A stretch of 64,000 bases of DNA. It comes from a bacterium (GTDB lineage: Bacteria > Margulisbacteria > WOR-1 > O2-12-FULL-45-9 > XYB2-FULL-48-7). Of the stretch, positions 32,253 to 42,314 are shown in pieces. The stretch covers positions 1 to 64,000 of the forward strand of contig JBDRLW010000003.1 in NCBI GenBank assembly GCA_043812655.1, written 5' to 3'. The notes under the pieces are model-generated. The model worked only from the letters and a program-made list of their open reading frames with translations, was not told the origin of the DNA and did not search any database. How positions within the stretch are numbered: the first letter of the stretch is position 1; every line of letters begins with the position of its first letter. The position numbers and the translations under genes were made by a program.

Positions 32253-33785
32253 TCATGATATTCTACCTTCGATCTCATCCATCATTTCCTCTTCTTCAAT
32301 TGCAAGACTAAAGCGGTTTAATGGCCGTCTGAAAGCCTGATTTAATACCCTTTTGAGAACAACAAAATCGGTCAGTCCCAAACCAATAACAGAATACACA
32401 ACGAGCGCAAAGGCGGAAATTATCCAGGAAAGCAATAAGGATACTGGAAAAGCAAGGAAAACAAGTTTGGTTACAACCAGAATCCCTATCCCCAGCAAGG
32501 ATACTAGCGTAATTTTCTTCCAAGGATATATAATCCTTAATATTTTCACCGACACCATTTCGGCAATAATAAATGTCAGCAAATATGCAAATACTGTCAC
32601 CCAGGCAGCACCTAATATACCCCATTTTGGGATTGCAAATATATTAAGTGCCACACTTGTGCCTCCGGCGATTAAAGTAATGATCGGAATAAGATAGGTG
32701 TGCTTTTTGAAAAACAATGGGCTGACAGCAAACATATACAGGCCTCTAAATATACTCGAAAATACAAGGATCCCAGCTACTCCGGATGCCGCATAATAGG
32801 CCTGGGAAGCCATTACTTTAAGTATCAGGCTGGAAAATAAAATAAAACCCAGAACCATTGCCAGCACTGCAACATACCAATAGCCGATAATATCCGCATT
32901 AATTGCGATAGCCTTATTTTCGTTTTTTTCTGCTGATTCAATAAAATATGGATTGTAAGCCATATTAAAACAACCAACCAGCAGCAATGGCACCGAAGCG
33001 ATGCGGCTGGCTAGGGAAAATAGCCCGATATCAGAAAGAGGCACAAATTTCTCTAGTATAATTTGATTTGCCCCGGTAAACATGAAGGTGCCTAATGAAT
33101 GAGGAATTAGAGGTAAAGAATAGGCTAAAGCCAGCGGAACAAAGCCCCAAACAAACCTCCTGCAAAACCAATCTCTAATCAACCAAAAAGCCACCAGGCA
33201 ACCAATTAGGGCCGCCAATAAGTTTGCCCAGAAAAAACCCAACATCCCAACCTGTTTATAAACAACAAGGTAAACCGAAAGCAAAATAGTCGCTAGTAAA
33301 ACAACGACATTTAAAACAAAGAAATGTTTGGCCATTTGCATAACTTTAAAAATGGCTGTCGGCGCTTGATAAAGAGCAATCAGCACAACAGTAATCAAAG
33401 ACAAACGAAAATAAGGTTGATAAGTTAACCCGCTATTAGGGTAGACAAAGCTAACAAGCTGATTACCAAAAAGCTCTAAAAGCAGGAAGCTAGCGATCAT
33501 CATTGCAATCATTATTAAAATAACTGTGCTTAGAAACTCCCTAGCCTTTTGTTTTTCACCTTTTGCTATAAACTGCAATACATATCTGGCAATCCCACTT
33601 TGGAGCTGCAAAGCAATAAATATTCCGACAATCGCCGTGAAAGAGCTTACCAAGCCAATAACGGCATATTCTGCCGGCGTCAAATATCTTGTATACAAAG
33701 GCAAAAGAAAAAAACCAGCTACAAGCGGCAGGATCAACGCAATTGTATAAATACCAGTATTAGTCAATATTTTCAGTTTTGACAT
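32253..33785 (-). CDS. wzx: Oligosaccharide flippase
   Basis: LPLYTRYLTPAEY, YSLPL, GLFSLA and GILGAA; many TMs. Confidence 0.88.
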   Translation of the reverse strand: MSKLKILTNTGIYTIALILPLVAGFFLLPLYTRYLTPAEYAVIGLVSSFTAIVGIFIALQLQSGIARYVLQFIAKGEKQKAREFLSTVILIMIAMMIASFLLLELFGNQLVSFVYPNSGLTYQPYFRLSLITVVLIALYQAPTAIFKVMQMAKHFFVLNVVVLLATILLSVYLVVYKQVGMLGFFWANLLAALIGCLVAFWLIRDWFCRRFVWGFVPLALAYSLPLIPHSLGTFMFTGANQIILEKFVPLSDIGLFSLASRIASVPLLLVGCFNMAYNPYFIESAEKNENKAIAINADIIGYWYVAVLAMVLGFILFSSLILKVMASQAYYAASGVAGILVFSSIFRGLYMFAVSPLFFKKHTYLIPIITLIAGGTSVALNIFAIPKWGILGAAWVTVFAYLLTFIIAEMVSVKILRIIYPWKKITLVSLLGIGILVVTKLVFLAFPVSLLLSWIISAFALVVYSVIGLGLTDFVVLKRVLNQAFRRPLNRFSLAIEEEEMMDEIEGRIS

Positions 33786-33797
33786 ATCTAAATCTCA

Positions 33798-34286
33798 TTA
33801 TGGCTCGATCCTAAACATTATCTGTCGATCATTAACAATATGATCTGTAATAAATCCGACGTTCTTAAATAGTTTCTGCGAAGCTAGATTATCAACATCG
33901 ACCCCCGCCTCTATTTTCTTCAGTTTTAATGAGAAAAACGCATAATTAATAACCTCTTTTAATGCTTCAGACGCATAACCCTTCCCCCAATATGCCTTGT
34001 CCCCGATCGCAATGCCAACCGTGCCAAACCCATTCTCCCGATCGATTGATGAAAACGTTATATTTCCGATATGCTTCTCGTTAGTTTTGTCAAAAACACC
34101 AAGTAGCAACCGCTCCTTAACCCCTTCATAGGATCGGACATAGGCTTGCACCATATCAATATCTTGTCTTATATCCTTAACCGATAGGAAGTGATTGACC
34201 TCAGGATCATTCAACCAATCGACATAGCGTTGTGTAACATCAACAACCTTTAACGGCCTAAGATTGACTCTATTGCCGCTTATCAT
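33798..34286 (-). CDS. RimJ/RimL-type GNAT acyltransferase
   Basis: WLNDPEV, YWGKGYASE and NLASQK; start MISG is my choice. Confidence 0.85.
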   Translation of the reverse strand: MISGNRVNLRPLKVVDVTQRYVDWLNDPEVNHFLSVKDIRQDIDMVQAYVRSYEGVKERLLLGVFDKTNEKHIGNITFSSIDRENGFGTVGIAIGDKAYWGKGYASEALKEVINYAFFSLKLKKIEAGVDVDNLASQKLFKNVGFITDHIVNDRQIMFRIEP

Positions 34287-34287
34287 C

Positions 34288-34809
34288 TTATGCGGCATCC
34301 CTATAATATTCATGCGCCAACATGCTAATTATGATCGTATCCATATATTTGCCATCCCAAAAAGTCGCTTCTCTCATAATTCCTTCCTGAATAAAACCAC
34401 ATTTTAATGCGAGCTTAACCGCCCCCTCATTAAAAGCAAAAGCTTCCCCCCAAAGGCGGTGTAAATTATATTCACCAAACCCCTTCCTCTTAAAAAAATC
34501 ATAGATTTCAATCCCTAAAGCAACATCTTCGGTAGGACTAATTGATTGACCAAGATAATACGAAATTTCCGCAGAACGATCTTTCCAATTAATATGCGTT
34601 AAGCCACAGAGCCCAACCGGCTTTTCATCCATCAGAATCAGGAACATGTCATCCACCTTAGAAGTAGAAACCCTTTCAAACCAGTTATTTTGGTTGACCA
34701 TATTAAGAAGCCTATATTCGCGACAATACTTCCTAACCTTTTCTTGATTCCTCCAATCTCTTAGTAATGGAAGGTCCTCCCTTTCCATTTGCCGATACTT
34801 AATATCCAT
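34288..34809 (-). CDS. GNAT N-acyltransferase (PseH-like)
   Basis: WRNQ, LHRLWGE and GFIQEG. Confidence 0.8.
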   Translation of the reverse strand: MDIKYRQMEREDLPLLRDWRNQEKVRKYCREYRLLNMVNQNNWFERVSTSKVDDMFLILMDEKPVGLCGLTHINWKDRSAEISYYLGQSISPTEDVALGIEIYDFFKRKGFGEYNLHRLWGEAFAFNEGAVKLALKCGFIQEGIMREATFWDGKYMDTIIISMLAHEYYRDAA

Positions 34810-34829
34810 TTCATCCTCCTTTAAAATAA

Positions 34830-35513
34830 TTACAAACCGCCATCAATGGCTATTTTCGCTCCGTTGACATAAGGAGATCTGATTAAAAAATCAATTGCAT
34901 TAACGATATTTGAGACTTTCCCAAATGATTTTGACGGAATCTTATCTAAGATACTCTTTTGGTCATTTTCACTTAGCGTTTCAATTAAACCAACATCAAA
35001 ATAACCCAACACCAACAAATTCGAAGTAATATTAAAACGCGCATATTCCTTTGCTAGGACACGTGACATACCAATCAGCCCAGTTTTAGTTGTGGAGTAT
35101 GCAATGGTGCCTATCCGTCCCTCCATGCCTACAACGGAAGAAACATGAACAATACGTCCCCAGCGTTCGTTAATCATAATAGGAAGCAAGGCCTTGGTCA
35201 GTAAAAAATCACCTTTTAAATTAGTTGCTAGCACTTTATCCCAATCAAGCTCGGAGTAATTAGCCGCCAATGCATCAATACTAGACGCTGCCAAATTAAT
35301 TAAAGTAACTTTTTTTAGCTCACTTCTACGCTTCTCCACAAATGCATTTATAGCCGTAGAGTCAGTGATATCTAATTTTTCAATTGAAAACCCGTTCATC
35401 GCAATCACTTTTGGCTTGGTTTTATTGTAAATCCCAATAACCTGATCCATTGCCAATAATTTGCTCAAGATTTCTTTTCCGATTCCACCAGACACACCGG
35501 TTAGAATGATCAT
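34830..35513 (-). CDS. FabG-like short-chain reductase
   Basis: TGVSGGIG, GRIVHVSS and YSTTK. Confidence 0.85.
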   Translation of the reverse strand: MIILTGVSGGIGKEILSKLLAMDQVIGIYNKTKPKVIAMNGFSIEKLDITDSTAINAFVEKRRSELKKVTLINLAASSIDALAANYSELDWDKVLATNLKGDFLLTKALLPIMINERWGRIVHVSSVVGMEGRIGTIAYSTTKTGLIGMSRVLAKEYARFNITSNLLVLGYFDVGLIETLSENDQKSILDKIPSKSFGKVSNIVNAIDFLIRSPYVNGAKIAIDGGL

Positions 35514-36475
35514 TGATTTTCTCCCCACTTAATCAAACAACCGCCCCAAGACAAGCCTACTCCAAACCCAATTAACATAACTTGATCCCCCTTTTTTAGA
35601 CGCTTCTGTTCGGCGGCATCCTTAAGGGCGATCGGAATTGAAGCGGAAACAGTATTACCAACCTTTTGACAATTGATAAAGACTTTTTCTTCTGGCAGCT
35701 GTAGTCGACGAATAATATTTTCCATAACAAGCTTGCTGGCTTGGTGAAAAACAAATAAATCAATATCTTCAATGGTTTTCCCGGCTTTTTCTAATAAAGA
35801 ATTAACACACTTGGGGACCCTATCCATAGTAAACATAAAGACCTTCGCCCCGTCCATGACCAACTTATCCCCTTCCTCTTTTCTAGCCCCGCTTGATGGA
35901 ACAATTAAGCTACTAAAGCCAGAGCCGTCAGTCCCCAACTCAAAGGGGCCAAGCAAGTCAGCTTTGCTCTGGGCTAACACGATTGCGGCTCCTCCATCAC
36001 TAAATAATGGTCGACAGGTTCGATCTGATTTATCAATATATTTTGTATAAGTTTCACTGCAAACGATCAACCCTTTCCTTGCTATTCCGGCCTCTAGCAT
36101 CGAACCACCAATGGCCAGAGCGTAAACAAAACCTGAGCAACCAAGATTGACGTCAAAAGCAGCACAATCCTTTTTAATCCCCAGACGATCCTGCAGAATA
36201 CAAGCTGAAGTTGGCAAGGCATAGTCAGGTGATTGCGTAACCATAATAATAAAATCAATATCATGCCTTGAATGAACAGATGAAAACAACTTTTCCGACG
36301 CAATTAATGCCAGATCAACAGCTGTTTGCCCTGGCTCAGCTATATGACGGACATAAACACCTGTTTTCTTCTCAATATCATCAATCCGCCAATCCGGATT
36401 ATCATTTTTAAGAACCTTCCCATCCTCAGTTTTTTCAGGAAGATAGTATTCAATTGCCTGTATCTCAACTTTCAT
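35510..36475 (-). CDS. fabH: Ketoacyl-ACP synthase III
   Basis: GCSGF, FHQAS, GNTVSASIP and GFGVGLSW (C-H-N triad); a pathway-dedicated paralog. Confidence 0.88.
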   Translation of the reverse strand: MKVEIQAIEYYLPEKTEDGKVLKNDNPDWRIDDIEKKTGVYVRHIAEPGQTAVDLALIASEKLFSSVHSRHDIDFIIMVTQSPDYALPTSACILQDRLGIKKDCAAFDVNLGCSGFVYALAIGGSMLEAGIARKGLIVCSETYTKYIDKSDRTCRPLFSDGGAAIVLAQSKADLLGPFELGTDGSGFSSLIVPSSGARKEEGDKLVMDGAKVFMFTMDRVPKCVNSLLEKAGKTIEDIDLFVFHQASKLVMENIIRRLQLPEEKVFINCQKVGNTVSASIPIALKDAAEQKRLKKGDQVMLIGFGVGLSWGGCLIKWGENQ

Positions 36476-36495
36476 TATTGCCTACTTATAAATAT

Positions 36496-36741
36496 TTATA
36501 TTAAGCTATTATCTTTCAAGATGTGCATAATCCCCTTAACCGAATTGGCCGTCGCCATCTCTTTTATTGCTGCGATCTTTCCATCAAAAAGCTCATCTAA
36601 TGATGAAAGAATCGCCAAATGCCCTAAAGAATCCCATTCTTCCAACCCTCCGACCATGCTATCTAACGTCAATTTTTTACCTTTGAGGCTCAATGCCTTT
36701 TCCATCGCCGCTAACACTTCACTCTCTGTTTTATTTACCAT
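36496..36741 (-). CDS. Acyl carrier protein
   Basis: 81 aa with WDSL phosphopantetheine motif, next to FabH. Confidence 0.88.
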   Translation of the reverse strand: MVNKTESEVLAAMEKALSLKGKKLTLDSMVGGLEEWDSLGHLAILSSLDELFDGKIAAIKEMATANSVKGIMHILKDNSLI

Positions 36742-36759
36742 AACAAACCTCCTTATAAT

Positions 36760-37485
36760 CTAACTATTATAGGCAACATAAATATCAGTAAAACAAAGGA
36801 CCAGGCCAAACTTCTCTGTAAATTGGACATATCCCCTTTGTTGCAGCGCTTTTAATGCCCCAAGATGTTCGCTCATCTCTTTGGGGAGCGGCCATACATC
36901 ATGGGCTAAACGTTCAACATGTGAAAAATGATCGTTAGCAACTTTAACGATTTTATCTACATCAGAAAAGGAAATAATCGGGAAAAATAATCGGCCACCA
37001 TGATTAAGATACTTTGCTGCTTGTTGAATTACTTGAACGATAAGAAATGTTCCATCCGCCCCAGCAACACAAGGAACATTGTTGAACCAAGGGGAAATTT
37101 TTGCCGCTTCTTCAGAAACCCCAGAAATATCATCAACAATGCAATCAAATTTTTCATCACTCCACGGCTCAAAAAGAGATCCGGCTCTTGCCTCCACAGG
37201 ACAATTATACTTTTTAGCATTGAGATTGACTGATTCAACCGCTTTTTCGCTCAGATCTGACGCATAGAGGGATCCTTCTATTAAGCCTAGTTTATGCAAC
37301 GCTATTCCAACCGCGCCACAACCACACCCAAGGTCAACCGTTTTTCCAGGGCTTTTAACATATCCCTTTACAGCCTTAACTAAACTTTGGCTAGTTCCAG
37401 TTGGAACAAATACTCCTGCCGGCACATTTAACAATAATTCTTCGGATGGTCCATACTTAAAAGTATAGGAAGCCTGTTCTAGCAT
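36760..37485 (-). CDS. SAM-dependent methyltransferase (PrmC-like fold)
   Basis: VFVPT, DLGCGCG and GSLFEP. Confidence 0.8.
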   Translation of the reverse strand: MLEQASYTFKYGPSEELLLNVPAGVFVPTGTSQSLVKAVKGYVKSPGKTVDLGCGCGAVGIALHKLGLIEGSLYASDLSEKAVESVNLNAKKYNCPVEARAGSLFEPWSDEKFDCIVDDISGVSEEAAKISPWFNNVPCVAGADGTFLIVQVIQQAAKYLNHGGRLFFPIISFSDVDKIVKVANDHFSHVERLAHDVWPLPKEMSEHLGALKALQQRGYVQFTEKFGLVLCFTDIYVAYNS

Positions 37486-37497
37486 ATTAATTCCCCC

Positions 37498-38526
37498 TCA
37501 TATTGATTTCCAAGTTATCCACTCATCAGCCTTAATGGATCTTTTTGTTTTTTTACCGACAACTTTATCAAAATATTTCGGCTGAATACCAAAACTTGGT
37601 CTTTTAACAATCAGCATTTCATCTTTAATAATTGTCCCTTTCGGGATTTCTGTTTTAGCGTGGATACTGCGGCGACCAATTTGATAATTCTCCATCTCAC
37701 AAGCTCTTGGGCCAAGTTTTTTACCTGACCCAATCGCTGCTTCAACCTCACGGATTTGGCTTACAAGCGCTTTTAATTCTTTCGGCTCAACAGCAAAGGG
37801 ATGATCGGGCCCCTCCATCTTTTTATCAAGCGTAAAATGCTTTTCGATTACTTTCGCTCCCATCGCAACGGCGGCAACAGAGATATGAATTCCCAAGGTA
37901 TGATCTGATAAACCAGAAATAACACCAAGAGAACCGCTAATATTCTTCATTGCGGATAAATTCATAATTTCGGCCTTTGCCGGATAAGCGGAAGCGCACT
38001 GCAGGAAAATAACTTTCTTATTCCCTGCGTTAATACAGGTTGAATAGGCATCTTTAATTTCTTGCATTTTTGCTAGACCGGTAGATATGATTATTGGTTT
38101 TTTTTTCTTTGCAATAAATTTGATCAAGGGAATATCAACCAACTCAAAAGAGGCGATTTTATATAGATCCACGTATGGAGCTAGTTCATCAACCGCCTCC
38201 GCGTCAAAAGGAGTGGCAAAGAACGTTACATTCTTTTTATTGCAATAGGCTTTAAGCTCAGGAATCCATTTACGCGGCAGTTCAATGTCTTTTATCATTC
38301 TCCATAAGTCTTTTTTGTAATAAGAATGACGTGGGACATTTTTAGAATACAGCTTTTCAGCTGAATAAATCTGAAACTTAACCGCATTTGCACCAGCCTC
38401 TGCTGCTTTATCGATCAGCTTTTTTGCAGTTCTTAAGCTCTTGTTATGATTTGCCCCAATATCTACAATAATAAAGCATGGATCGTCCCCGCCAATCATA
38501 ATGTTTCCAACTTTAATTCTGTTCAT
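37498..38526 (-). CDS. Nonulosonic acid synthase (NeuB/PseI/SpsE family)
   Basis: VKFQ, ATPF, KIASFE, STG, SAYP, SDHT, EKHFT and SAF domain. Confidence 0.9.
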   Translation of the reverse strand: MNRIKVGNIMIGGDDPCFIIVDIGANHNKSLRTAKKLIDKAAEAGANAVKFQIYSAEKLYSKNVPRHSYYKKDLWRMIKDIELPRKWIPELKAYCNKKNVTFFATPFDAEAVDELAPYVDLYKIASFELVDIPLIKFIAKKKKPIIISTGLAKMQEIKDAYSTCINAGNKKVIFLQCASAYPAKAEIMNLSAMKNISGSLGVISGLSDHTLGIHISVAAVAMGAKVIEKHFTLDKKMEGPDHPFAVEPKELKALVSQIREVEAAIGSGKKLGPRACEMENYQIGRRSIHAKTEIPKGTIIKDEMLIVKRPSFGIQPKYFDKVVGKKTKRSIKADEWITWKSI

Positions 38527-38534
38527 GTTTGTCG

Positions 38535-39845
38535 TTAATCCAACCTCTTAAACCCTGCATGGCAAACCGGCCCCTTTAAACTAGACTCCACCTTAGCCGA
38601 CTGAATGGCACTGGCTATAACAGCAAATGCTTCATCCACTGCAAAAAGATACTTATCTACAATCTCCGGCGAATGGGCAAAGGACGCGTAGAAAGAATTT
38701 GTCGCTAGGCACCCTTTTTCAAGCATAATTTGGGTAAATAAGGTTTTTATGGCCAGAGCATTATCGTATTTGAACGAAAAATGACCCAATGGTGGAATTC
38801 CTTCAACAGAGATGATAATTCGATGTTTTTTCGCCAAGTTGTCCCATCCCGCTTGGACCATTTTTCCAATCTTGATCAAATGCGCCGGCACATTTTCTTT
38901 TTGCATTTTCGCAATTGTTGCCAGAGCGGCCACCGGCCCAATTCTTTCTGTCCAGTATGTACTACTAATAAAGCTCTCCTGGGCCACCTGCATTACTGAT
39001 TTTTTACCTATTATGGCGGCCATCGGAAATCCGTTACTGATCCCTTTGGCAAATACTGCGATATCCGGCTCAAACCCATATTTTAAATGTGCACCACCAA
39101 CATTTAACCGCCAACCAGAACTTACTTCGTCACAAATCATCACGATCCCCAGCTCCTTGGTTGTTTTTCTAATCGTTTCAATAAAACCAGGCTTCGGTTC
39201 ATGATTCCTAACGGCTTCGGTAACAACACCGGCAATTCTTCCCTTATATTTATTTAGGAGTGCCAAATATTCTTCTGTGTCATTGTAAATAAATGGTTTC
39301 GCTGTTCCCTTTAATCCTCTAGGTACCCCTTTTGGGGAAAGCCCTGGCATTAAATGTCCGTCTAAGGCCGCATCATCCGCTAAGTTTGATGATAAGTACC
39401 AATCATGCCAACCGTGGTATCCTGAAAATAAGATAACATCCTTGTCAGCGGCCGCTCGAGCAATCCTGACCGCAATGCTCATCGCCTCTCCACCGGTTCG
39501 GGAATATCTAACCATCTCCGCCCAAGGATGTAATTCACATAAAAGTTCAGCTAACTCAACGTCTTCATAGCAATTTAAAGTTGTAGATGACCCTTTTGCA
39601 ATAGCCTGAGTTACTGCGGCATTAACATCGTCATCCGAATAACCCAAGATACTAGCGCCTACTCCCATAAAACTCATATCAATATATTTTTCACCATCAA
39701 GATCCCAAATCTCACACCCTTTTGCTTTTTCATAGTACGCAGGCCAGAGGTCGGGCAGATGCATCTCTGGTCTTTTTGATAAAAGTTGGGTTCCTCCAGG
39801 GATAATTGTCTTTGCTTTGTTATATAAGTCTTGTGAAATCCCCAC
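38535..39845 (-). CDS. Class III PLP aminotransferase (GSA-aminomutase-like)
   Basis: IPGG, YHGW, DEV..GWR and FAKGISNG. Confidence 0.88.
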   Translation of the reverse strand: MGISQDLYNKAKTIIPGGTQLLSKRPEMHLPDLWPAYYEKAKGCEIWDLDGEKYIDMSFMGVGASILGYSDDDVNAAVTQAIAKGSSTTLNCYEDVELAELLCELHPWAEMVRYSRTGGEAMSIAVRIARAAADKDVILFSGYHGWHDWYLSSNLADDAALDGHLMPGLSPKGVPRGLKGTAKPFIYNDTEEYLALLNKYKGRIAGVVTEAVRNHEPKPGFIETIRKTTKELGIVMICDEVSSGWRLNVGGAHLKYGFEPDIAVFAKGISNGFPMAAIIGKKSVMQVAQESFISSTYWTERIGPVAALATIAKMQKENVPAHLIKIGKMVQAGWDNLAKKHRIIISVEGIPPLGHFSFKYDNALAIKTLFTQIMLEKGCLATNSFYASFAHSPEIVDKYLFAVDEAFAVIASAIQSAKVESSLKGPVCHAGFKRLD

Positions 39846-39847
39846 TA

Positions 39848-40750
39848 TTAGTTCCCCACCTTTGTTGCCATGCCTAGTTTTTCCTTATAGATGTCAATTA
39901 GGTGCTGGTAAATAAGATCTACTCTCTCATGTTGGAATGCTACAAAACTTAAATTTAATTTTTCGATTTTTTCCAGATCACCAATCGATTGACGAATTTC
40001 CTGAAAATTATTCAGACTATCAACGCCAATAATGACTTTATCTACATATTTATTAAGTAAAACAAAATTAATACATAAAGCCACTTTTGAGATGTGTTCT
40101 TGGGTAGAAAGCCGGCTAAGCTCTTCCACCTTATCCTTAATGGCAATCAAGGGACCGGTAAATTCAGCCTGATTACGAAAAGCAATCCCTTGCAGGAAAA
40201 CCGACCGCACATTGATCTCAATGCCTAAACCATGTAATTTCTCAAAATATGGCCCAAATCGCTGATCAAACACACTATAAGGGACCTGAACAATATCTAA
40301 ATTAATGCCTTGTTCAAGAAGTACATCAAGCTCATCCGGCGAATAAATCGATAAACCAATTTTTTTTATCCTCCCTAGCTTTCTTAACTCTACAAGCTGC
40401 GGCCATAATCCCGGATTATCGATATGATATTGATAATTATGGATCAAATAACCATAAAACGAATCAACCCCCAATGTATCTAGTGAAGTTTGAATTATCG
40501 CTTTAACTTCAGTAGCAGAAACGTTACCAGCTTTTGAGATAATACTAAAATATTTTTTATTAGCTTTAATATATTTTCCAATAACAGCCTCGCTCTCCCC
40601 ATATAGGGCAGCCGTATCAAGCGTATTTACCCCGGCTTGGGCTGCCACATCTAATATTTTAAAAACATCATCAATCGGGACTTTTCCCCGTTGATTATTA
40701 ATCCCATAATCAAATCCAAATTGGGCGGTTCCTAAAGTTATCCTATTCAT
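39848..40750 (-). CDS. Aldo/keto reductase
   Basis: LGTAQFG..YG, DTAALYGESE and RSVFLQG. Confidence 0.88.
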   Translation of the reverse strand: MNRITLGTAQFGFDYGINNQRGKVPIDDVFKILDVAAQAGVNTLDTAALYGESEAVIGKYIKANKKYFSIISKAGNVSATEVKAIIQTSLDTLGVDSFYGYLIHNYQYHIDNPGLWPQLVELRKLGRIKKIGLSIYSPDELDVLLEQGINLDIVQVPYSVFDQRFGPYFEKLHGLGIEINVRSVFLQGIAFRNQAEFTGPLIAIKDKVEELSRLSTQEHISKVALCINFVLLNKYVDKVIIGVDSLNNFQEIRQSIGDLEKIEKLNLSFVAFQHERVDLIYQHLIDIYKEKLGMATKVGN

Positions 40751-41514
40751 TACTTCCATATCCGCCCATGCCCCCAATCCACCCCAATCTCTTCTACGGG
40801 TTTGCGAAGTTGCTTGTTTTTATCCCAATAATCAATAATTTCTTCGAGCTTAATCAGTCGATCCTTCCCCTTTAAGTCCCTATAGATGTAGCGACAAAAC
40901 ACTAAGTCTTCTGGGTAATCTACGGTTATCCGAATATCCGATCTTCTTAATTTTGATTCCGGACTTACCATCAAAACCTTAAAATCATCCTGATTATCAA
41001 AGATATAGGAGGTAATTAATTCTTTGTTGCGCTGTGTTCCATTCTTGTGGGATTTTTGCATCGATCCAAGGTCCATAATTGCAAAACTCGCCCCGTCAGG
41101 AAGCTCAGAAATGCTAGATAAGTGTAGCTTATCTTCAACGAACTTGGCAAATAACTCGTCGATTCGATCGTAATATAAATATGGGGATTCGGTTGAGTCA
41201 AGCAAGGCAACCTCAGTTCCAAATTTTTTAGCCGCCTCAATAATCCTGCCAAGCATGTCTTCTTCACTGCCAAACATATAGTTCCATCCCTGTTTTTCGG
41301 CTAATTCGGCAAACCCATAATTTTGCTTCCCTTCTGCAATGGCTAGGCAGATTGAATCAACACTCTTAATCTGCTTAATGTGTTTAACTAGGTATTCAAG
41401 AATTGTTATCCTATTTTCAATGTCTAGAAATTGTAGGGGTTTCCCATACAAACGGGTTCCGCCCACCCGGCAAGGTAAAATAGCATCAAATTTAATGTTC
41501 TTCATTTTTTCCAT
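40750..41514 (-). CDS. Acylneuraminate cytidylyltransferase (SpsF/PseF-like)
   Basis: RVGGTRLYGKPL, GSEEDML and RITVDYPED. Confidence 0.82.
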   Translation of the reverse strand: MEKMKNIKFDAILPCRVGGTRLYGKPLQFLDIENRITILEYLVKHIKQIKSVDSICLAIAEGKQNYGFAELAEKQGWNYMFGSEEDMLGRIIEAAKKFGTEVALLDSTESPYLYYDRIDELFAKFVEDKLHLSSISELPDGASFAIMDLGSMQKSHKNGTQRNKELITSYIFDNQDDFKVLMVSPESKLRRSDIRITVDYPEDLVFCRYIYRDLKGKDRLIKLEEIIDYWDKNKQLRKPVEEIGVDWGHGRIWK

Positions 41515-41523
41515 TTATGAAAG

Positions 41524-42312
41524 TTAAAACAAGCTTTTTGAGATGCCTCCATCGATCTGGATCGTCGTTCCTGTTATACCACAAGCCTGTTCAGAGCATA
41601 AAAATGTAACCAAATCACCCAATTCTTTTGGTTCCTGGTATCTCCTTAGAGGTAGATCCTTTACCGCATTCTTTTCAAATTCTTCGACCGTAATATTTTG
41701 TTTTTTTGCCGCATTAGTCATTAGCTCAATTGCCCTGTCAGTTTTAAAAGCACCCGGACATATATTATTAATTGTAATATTATCTTTGATCAATTCCCTA
41801 GATAGAGATTTCGCCATACTAATAACCCCAGTTCTAAAAACGTTTGAGAGGATTAGAGTTTCGGCTGGTTCTTTAACCGTTAGCGAGGTGGAATTTATAA
41901 TTCTCCCCCATTTATTCTCCTTCATCACCGGAATTACCAGGCGACACAGCCGAACAACATACATCAATAATGAATTAAAGGCTTTTTCCCACTCCTCATT
42001 CTTAAGATCAAAAAAGCTTCCTGGAGGTGGACCACCCGAATTATTCACTAATATATCAATTCGGCCAAACTTATTAAGGGTTTCCTTTACGATTCGCTCG
42101 TTATCAGTTTGCGATGACATATCTGCTTCTAAAGCTAAAACACTTACCCCAAGATCAGCCAGCTCTTTTCTGGTTGTATCTAGCGAGGGACGGTCATTTG
42201 CACAAATCGCTATGGCCACTCCTTCCTTGGCAAGTTGAAGAGCACACCCTTTACCCAAGCCCTTACTCGCTCCCCCAATTAACGCAACTCTGCCTTTTAA
42301 TTTTAGATCCAT
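41524..42312 (-). CDS. SDR oxidoreductase
   Basis: GASKGLG, DILVNNSGGP and ITG..IQIDGG. Confidence 0.88.
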   Translation of the reverse strand: MDLKLKGRVALIGGASKGLGKGCALQLAKEGVAIAICANDRPSLDTTRKELADLGVSVLALEADMSSQTDNERIVKETLNKFGRIDILVNNSGGPPPGSFFDLKNEEWEKAFNSLLMYVVRLCRLVIPVMKENKWGRIINSTSLTVKEPAETLILSNVFRTGVISMAKSLSRELIKDNITINNICPGAFKTDRAIELMTNAAKKQNITVEEFEKNAVKDLPLRRYQEPKELGDLVTFLCSEQACGITGTTIQIDGGISKSLF

Positions 42313-42314
42313 AA

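Noticed and set aside
41543..42238. 231-aa plus-strand ORF
   Set aside because: Antisense shadow of the SDR gene, with no independent motifs
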